Both the position numbers and the translations under genes were made by a program. A stretch of 32,000 bases of DNA, from positions 2,400,001 to 2,432,000 of the forward strand of contig JAIZWK010000001.1 of NCBI GenBank assembly GCA_021498095.1, read 5' to 3'. Source of the stretch: Candidatus Harpocratesius repetitus (GTDB lineage: Archaea; Asgardarchaeota; Lokiarchaeia; Sigyniarchaeales; Promethearchaeaceae). Each line of letters begins with the position of its first letter. Within the stretch, counting starts at the first letter, position 1. Below, piece by piece: positions 26,545 to 32,000 of the stretch. A model generated the notes under the pieces. That model made no database searches and was not told the origin of the DNA. It worked only from the letters and a program-made list of their open reading frames with translations.

Positions 26545-26580
26545 TTCCTTTAATTTCAGTTTATACTTCCTTTAATTTCA
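26545..26580. repeat. 14-bp direct repeat TTCCTTTAATTTCA x2 at 22-bp spacing
   Basis: 26545-26558 and 26567-26580, about 110-140 bp upstream of the minus-strand gene start at 26436. Confidence 0.7.
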
Positions 26581-26780
26581 CTAATAATTTGATGTGAATT
26601 AAAAATTTAAATCTTGATCAATTGATCAGTAAGTGAATTGTCTTGTGCTTTTAAATTGCGAATATTTGCTTAAAACTTGATTATATCAAGCAATAGATTT
26701 TAAAATAAAAAACAATCTTGAACTTCTGATCTAATAAATAAAAATAAAAAAAATCAATCATGAAATAATTAATAAATTTT

Positions 26781-27848
26781 TTAAATGTATTCAACAGTAG
26801 TGGTACCGGTTTTCAAGAGATCGCTTAGATTTTTCCTGATTTCATTGACATTCCCAACGTGAAACTTAAAAAGATAAATAAACGTAAGTACAATGCTGGG
26901 AAATGCAATGATAACAATAAATCCGAATAAATATGCTCCTGCAAGTAAGTACACTTCAGCTGGCCCTAAACTATGGATATTTTCTTGTAAAGTTTGAATG
27001 TTTTGAAGGAGAAATCCATAGCCAAACATTATACCTCCTGTTCCTAAAAATTTCCTTAAAGTTCCCTTTCGAATTAACAATCCAACATTTTCACTGTTAT
27101 GGTCAGGATCAATCGATTTTATACAAGCATCCTGCATTATCCATAAGGTTGGAATTAACCAACTCGAAAGTAGAGGGGAAATAAACACAATAATTATAAT
27201 TATTTTTAATAAATTTTGACCTTCTTCAACAGTAGAAATAGGGGAAATCCATGTGAAAATCATACCTACTAGCGAAGTAATCGCAAGTGATGCGGAAATT
27301 ACATCAAAAATCCTATTTCCAATATCTTTCATTTTATTTGCATTTAAATTCGTTGGAACGCGTTCAATATAGTATGTTTTAGTTGGATCATATTTTAAAT
27401 CCATCAAAAAATTCAAAACTTTCCAGAAAACAGAGATCTTTAATTTTTCCTTTGGTTGTTGCTTATTTTTTTTGTTTTTTTTTTCTATATTGTATTTGTA
27501 ATTTTTAACTAAAGGAACTAAATCGCGCTTAAAAAAAATCATTCCAATTTTCTTCCATAAAATAGGAATCAAAAAAAAGATGATTGGACTAAGTAATATT
27601 GCCCAAATCCCAATTGGTCGAAAGTATAGTAATAATAAACCCACAGTAATTACTGTAAAATAAAGGATTTTATGTATCACGTTTAGTTTCTCTAAGCGAA
27701 ATTCGATAATTTTTTCTGCCTTTTCGATAGTATTCAAGTCAGGATTAGAAATTACGAAATTATCCGCTTGAATAGAATTGTCTGTAATATTATAATTATT
27801 ATCGCTCATAAAAAATACTGGAATTTTGTTCCTAAAAAATATACTCAA
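26781..27848 (-). CDS. Multi-pass membrane protein, unknown function
   Basis: About six hydrophobic segments in 355 aa; the start may be a downstream Met (MSDNNY). Confidence 0.75.
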   Translation of the reverse strand: MSIFFRNKIPVFFMSDNNYNITDNSIQADNFVISNPDLNTIEKAEKIIEFRLEKLNVIHKILYFTVITVGLLLLYFRPIGIWAILLSPIIFFLIPILWKKIGMIFFKRDLVPLVKNYKYNIEKKNKKNKQQPKEKLKISVFWKVLNFLMDLKYDPTKTYYIERVPTNLNANKMKDIGNRIFDVISASLAITSLVGMIFTWISPISTVEEGQNLLKIIIIIVFISPLLSSWLIPTLWIMQDACIKSIDPDHNSENVGLLIRKGTLRKFLGTGGIMFGYGFLLQNIQTLQENIHSLGPAEVYLLAGAYLFGFIVIIAFPSIVLTFIYLFKFHVGNVNEIRKNLSDLLKTGTTTVEYI

Positions 27849-27861
27849 AAAAATTTTTTTA

Positions 27862-28107
27862 TTAAAATAATTTATTCAAATAACTTGATTTTTCTTTGAT
27901 AATTTTAGAAAGAGTATCAATTGATTGTGAAAAATATGGACATATGCGCGCTATGCAAACTGCTTCTTCTAAATTTGTTTGAAAATCATTGAATGTACAA
28001 CAGATATGATATTCATCACCGATGACTTCAATTTTTTCCGCATGTATACAACGAGAGCACGGTAGAACCACTAATGCCAGATTCTCCCTACATTCTAATT
28101 TTTCCAT
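27862..28107 (-). CDS. Small Cys-rich protein (81 aa)
   Basis: ATG 28107: MEKLECRENLALVVLPCSRCIH...HICCTF...VCIARICPYF; the track's longer start runs into the divergent gene. Confidence 0.55.
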   Translation of the reverse strand: MEKLECRENLALVVLPCSRCIHAEKIEVIGDEYHICCTFNDFQTNLEEAVCIARICPYFSQSIDTLSKIIKEKSSYLNKLF

Positions 28108-28240
28108 GATTCTCAAACTTATTATAAGAACACACAAACAAAATTCATATTGATTCCAATTATTCCAAAAAATTAATACAAACTTTACAATTTGGTAACA
28201 AACTTTTTTTCCATGTATCATTCTATTAATATTAATTAAG

Positions 28241-29923
28241 ATGCCTCTTCGAAATCTCTTGGGAATGCCCAATTATGTTCGATATACAAAAACCTTGAAA
28301 TTACCACGAATTAAGTCTGGTAATTTCCCAAACCGTAGAATTGTTTTGATTTCTGACACTCACATAAGTTCAGGAACAAATTCCAGTTTTAATTGCGTGA
28401 TGTTTCGAAAAGGATTAGAAGAGATTTCTCAAATTCCCGATGTCGACTATATTATTCATCTTGGAGATCTAACTCATGATGGAACTTATATGGAATATGA
28501 AATCGCCTTAGACATGATTAGGAAAATAAATTCGGAGAAATTTTATATCATTCCAGGCAATCATGATGCAAGAAATGTAGGTTATTTATTATTTGAAGAA
28601 TTAGTGGGAAAACGTACTTTTGAAATTGAAGAACCGCATCTTTATATTTTAGGTGTAGATTCGAGTATCCCAGATCAAAATACTGGTCGAATTGGTTCAA
28701 GAGCTTTGGCATATAGTGAAAAAGCTTTTGAAGATCATACAGATCAAATTAAAATTTTCGCTTTTCACCATCAATTAATACCTATTCCTTATACTGGTAG
28801 GGAGCGTTCGGCTATTTATGATGCTGGAGACGCTCTTGAAATGGCACTGCGCACAAATGTTGATCTAATCTTGAATGGACATCGTCACATTTCTAATATC
28901 TATACCTGTTCGAGTGGAACAAGTGATTTAGTAATTTTTAATTCAGGTACTCTTTCTGCAAATAAGACACGCTATAGAGAATTGTTTACTTACACAGTTT
29001 TAGATATCGAAGAAAATTACGCTAAATTTATAACTAAAAAGTTAATGGATGGGAATTATATTGAACGAAGACGTTATATTCACCAACGATTTCAGCCATT
29101 TCAATTTAATAATATTTCTTCAAATTTAGATGAAAAAGTAAAACCAGATTTAAATTCTATGAAACCAATTGCAAAAATTGTTCATGCAGGAAACTCTCAT
29201 TTTGGTGCTTCTTATTTTCTTTCAGATATTTTCTTACATGCTGTTAGACAAATAAATAGTTGGAATCCAGATATTTTTATCTTTACTGGATCATTAACTG
29301 GAGGAAATAGAGCAGAAGAATATGAATTAGCAAAAAAGCAACTAGCTGGGATAAAGACTTTGCAAATTATACTACCCGGATTTAAAGATTTGACAAAATA
29401 TGGATGGGATCGATTTTCTAATTATTTTAGTGAAACTGAACCAAATTTTGAAAATGAAAATTTAAGAATATTAGGATTAAATACTGTGGATCCTCATATT
29501 AGCAATGGTGCTGTAGGTAGAAAACGAATGAAAGAAATCACTGAATTTTTTTCAGAGAAAGTCGATTCAAAAATAAATATAATTGCAATGAATCACCGTT
29601 TAATTCCTTCACCTAAACTTAAGTTTGAAAAGATTCTTGAAGATTCGGGTAGTGTACTAAAGAATTTTACCGATCCTAGTAATAATATTAATTTGATCTT
29701 GATGGGTAAGAACAATATTGGATTTTCATTACAACTTGAAGAAACAATTCTATCTTTTACAGGTTCTCTTTCTTCAATTCAATGTGTTCGCCCACATTTT
29801 CACACTTTCAATAAAATATACATTTTTTCTAACAGTTCTATATCTGTATATGAACATGTAATTGAACATAATAAATCATATCTTTTAGGTCATTTTTGGC
29901 AATCCACAACTGCAAGTAGATAA
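28241..29923 (+). CDS. Tandem calcineurin-like metallophosphoesterase (Icc/CpdA-like); second domain degenerate
   Basis: Domain 1: SDTH, GDLTHDG, PGNHD, FHH, GHRH. Domain 2 equivalents: GNSH, GSLTGG, PGFKD, MNH, GKNN. Confidence 0.85.
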   Translation: MPLRNLLGMPNYVRYTKTLKLPRIKSGNFPNRRIVLISDTHISSGTNSSFNCVMFRKGLEEISQIPDVDYIIHLGDLTHDGTYMEYEIALDMIRKINSEKFYIIPGNHDARNVGYLLFEELVGKRTFEIEEPHLYILGVDSSIPDQNTGRIGSRALAYSEKAFEDHTDQIKIFAFHHQLIPIPYTGRERSAIYDAGDALEMALRTNVDLILNGHRHISNIYTCSSGTSDLVIFNSGTLSANKTRYRELFTYTVLDIEENYAKFITKKLMDGNYIERRRYIHQRFQPFQFNNISSNLDEKVKPDLNSMKPIAKIVHAGNSHFGASYFLSDIFLHAVRQINSWNPDIFIFTGSLTGGNRAEEYELAKKQLAGIKTLQIILPGFKDLTKYGWDRFSNYFSETEPNFENENLRILGLNTVDPHISNGAVGRKRMKEITEFFSEKVDSKINIIAMNHRLIPSPKLKFEKILEDSGSVLKNFTDPSNNINLILMGKNNIGFSLQLEETILSFTGSLSSIQCVRPHFHTFNKIYIFSNSSISVYEHVIEHNKSYLLGHFWQSTTASR

Positions 29924-29925
29924 TT

Positions 29926-30231
29926 ATGCTGACACAAAGAAGAATTTTCTCAATTGGAATAGCGATGGTAATCATATTTGGAATAATTTCTGGAGCTACT
30001 GGTTATTTTATATTTAGATTCTTTCCAGATTTTTCTATCCATTGGGTTTTAGGAGGTTTTACTTTTCTATTTTGGTGTTCTTTATTTGTTTATTTCCTAC
30101 CTAATAATTACCCTTTAGGCCAAAAAAAGGATATTTTACTCAGATCTGGATATTTATCTGTGATATTTCTTATATTTTATATCCCGTGTTATTTTCTTGG
30201 ATTTTCTATTTTTTTCAAAATAGGATGGTGA
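29926..30231 (+). CDS. Small membrane protein (about 3 TM)
   Basis: 101 aa, three hydrophobic stretches, 2 bp after the phosphoesterase stop. Confidence 0.65.
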   Translation: MLTQRRIFSIGIAMVIIFGIISGATGYFIFRFFPDFSIHWVLGGFTFLFWCSLFVYFLPNNYPLGQKKDILLRSGYLSVIFLIFYIPCYFLGFSIFFKIGW

Positions 30232-30333
30232 TAACAGATTTCTAAAAATAAATTATTTTCAATTAAATTTCACTCGAATACATTCTTTCAAAAGTCCTTT
30301 AAAAGACTAATTTCAAAGTCATTCAAACATTGG

Positions 30334-31542
30334 GTGTTCTATTTCACAATTTTTATGATCTTGAGTTGTTCTTTTTCGAATTTAATAATGTTTTCTGGGA
30401 AGAATAATAACAAATTTTCATCACTTCTCTCATCTCCTCGAGATTTTGATATTATTCAAGATGGCGAATTTAAAAATTCCTTCATAGTTCTCGATGGAGT
30501 TAATCAATTGAAAATTATTTCTCAAAATAATAAAATTCTGGCAGAGAATGTTCTTCAAATTCCTTATGTTAGTGATATAGAAATGGGACCTAATAATACA
30601 ATTTTTATTGTTGATCAATTACAAGATAAAATAATACAAGTTCCACTTTCAAATGTATCACACGTTCTTTGGCAGTGGAATGCACATAATCCTGCAGATA
30701 TCAATTGGTCAGAGTGGCTTTCTCATCAATATTGGGATAATAATTCTGTACTATCATTTTCAAAAAGTGTAAATTCATCTGATTTCTTTTTGGGTATAAG
30801 TTCAATTCAATTATTAAATGGTTCACAACAAGCACAAAATGCTTCATCTCTTTTAGTTTGCTGTGAATCTTTTAACTTTATTTTTGAATTAACTATTTCT
30901 GAAACATCTGAAATTATATGGTCTTACGGTAAATACATTAAATATGATTCTCTTGAATCTCCTCGGGTTGCATTATTAGCTCCAACTTCAGATCTATTTA
31001 TTGGTGAACGCGATTCTCACCTTATTAGTCGAATTAATTATCCTTCTAGATTTTTAATGTCCTATTATTCGCGTACTTTTCCGAATGGTTTTGTGAAAGA
31101 AATTCAAGATATCGATTGGATTTCTCAAAACATGATATTGGTTGCATCATTTGGTACTCCTGGTCTTTCTTTGGTTAATATGAGTTGGCCTTCTTCTTCA
31201 AAATCATTTGATTCTTTAGATATTGCCACTCCACAAGCTATAATGCATAATTCTTCCAAGATTTTTGTTTTAGATGAAAAAAGCTCTTCAATTTATATTT
31301 TAGATTCTTATTCTTTTGAAGTGGAGAAACAAATTGGTGAATCTTGGAGAAATTCTCGACTTTCTTTTGAATTTATTTTCCCAATTGGATATTTAGTTGG
31401 TGTATTTTTGTTGATATTTTGGAAATCTCCCCCAATGAAAAGAGATCTATTGATTACAAATATTATTTTCTTTGGAGTGATAATTATATTATTTATTCAA
31501 AGGCAGACTCTTCTTTATATTCTTTATTGGCATTTTTCTTAA
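30334..31542 (+). CDS. Membrane-anchored beta-propeller-like extracellular protein
   Basis: GTG start, N-terminal hydrophobic segment, repeated SP..FD / P..IE / PRVA / PQAI blade-like starts, two C-terminal TM segments. Confidence 0.65.
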   Translation: MFYFTIFMILSCSFSNLIMFSGKNNNKFSSLLSSPRDFDIIQDGEFKNSFIVLDGVNQLKIISQNNKILAENVLQIPYVSDIEMGPNNTIFIVDQLQDKIIQVPLSNVSHVLWQWNAHNPADINWSEWLSHQYWDNNSVLSFSKSVNSSDFFLGISSIQLLNGSQQAQNASSLLVCCESFNFIFELTISETSEIIWSYGKYIKYDSLESPRVALLAPTSDLFIGERDSHLISRINYPSRFLMSYYSRTFPNGFVKEIQDIDWISQNMILVASFGTPGLSLVNMSWPSSSKSFDSLDIATPQAIMHNSSKIFVLDEKSSSIYILDSYSFEVEKQIGESWRNSRLSFEFIFPIGYLVGVFLLIFWKSPPMKRDLLITNIIFFGVIIILFIQRQTLLYILYWHFS

Positions 31543-31607
31543 TTTTTGAAAACGCAAAGTTTTTGGTTTTTTGTATATTTTCATTTAGTATTGGGTGATT
31601 AAGACCT

Positions 31608-32000
31608 ATGAAAAAAGTAGAACTTCTTGCGCCAGCCCAAAACAAGAAATCTATCCAAGCAGTTGCACCATTTGCCAATGCTGTTTATTTTGGAAGTGAT
31701 GCTTTGAATATGCGAATGAATGCGGATAATTTCTCTTTGCAGGATCTTAAGCCCATTGTTTCTTTCTGCCATGATTTGAATCTACGTGCTTATTTAACAA
31801 CTAATGTAATAATTTATGAAAACGAACTTAATTATTTAGAAAATCTATTTCAAACTGCAAAAATTGCTGAAATCGATGCAGTTATAGTACATGATCTTGC
31901 TGCTGTTGAATTAGCGCGAGAAATGGGCATACCTTTTCATATTTCTACACAAGCAAGTGTTTCAAATTCTCGTGCTGCAAAATTTTATGAAAAACTTGGT
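31608..32000 (+). CDS. Peptidase U32-family protein (TrhP/RlhA-like), 3'-truncated by window end
   Basis: Manual translation: MKKVELLAPAQN...ANAVYFG...NMRMNADNF...AYLTTNVIIYENE...DAVIVHD...FHISTQASVSN; GGGTGA upstream; absent from the track because it has no stop in the window. Confidence 0.9.
   Translation, partial: MKKVELLAPAQNKKSIQAVAPFANAVYFGSDALNMRMNADNFSLQDLKPIVSFCHDLNLRAYLTTNVIIYENELNYLENLFQTAKIAEIDAVIVHDLAAVELAREMGIPFHISTQASVSNSRAAKFYEKLG

Noticed and set aside
28241-29923. Phosphodiesterase as the off-switch for the CBASS signal
   Set aside because: It lies 20 kb away among host-type genes; nothing in the sequence links it to CBASS.
92-31678. Short track ORFs overlapping larger genes (92-298, 1529-1744, 9709-9915, 10510-10812, 11715-11927, 12348-12536, 14724-14909, 14852-15037, 16265-16447, 16867-17169 set, 17994-18434, 18979-19287 set, 20852-21070, 23902-25660 set, 26137-26334, 26933-27184, 30430-30618, 31493-31678)
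   Set aside because: Antisense or alternate-frame shadows of well-supported genes or of low-complexity DNA; composition (F/S/L-rich) and lack of motifs argue against coding.
1-32000. rRNA, tRNA or structured ncRNA genes
   Set aside because: No GC-rich stem-forming segment or tRNA-like T-loop/anticodon pattern was recognised; a covariance-model search would be needed to exclude small RNAs.

Overview
AT-rich archaeal DNA. Archaeal uS15/eS1 genes and GGTGA-type Shine-Dalgarno motifs are seen directly; an Asgard/Lokiarchaeia origin is my inference, not proven. About 2-14.8 kb is a defence island with two modules. (A) A type II CBASS-like locus: a JAB protease (Cap3-like), an E2-E1 fusion (Cap2-like), an HNH-SAVED effector (Cap5-like) and three paralogous short CD-NTases. 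One CD-NTase has a ...PGTRFA conjugation-type tail, one is a multiply lesioned tandem duplicate with an amphipathic tail, and one is tail-less and sits downstream of module B. (B) A translationally coupled three-gene restriction-modification-like operon: a PLD-nuclease/SF2 helicase with an in-frame A18 tract between its domains, a 550-aa winged-helix protein with no visible nuclease motif, and a permuted SPPY-type amino-methyltransferase. The rest looks like core/host genome: rps15, rps3ae (long acidic tail), GlmU-like enzyme, HEAT/coiled-coil protein, LVIVD-type surface protein, DUF2804, a PEP-synthase-like gene split by a single in-frame TAG, membrane proteins, a tandem metallophosphoesterase and a 3'-truncated U32-family gene. 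Short tandem repeats are frequent, with unit lengths in multiples of 3 inside genes and mostly 11/14/22 bp between genes. No rRNA, tRNA, CRISPR array, integrase or transposase was recognised. All family calls are motif recognition by eye; no searches were run.
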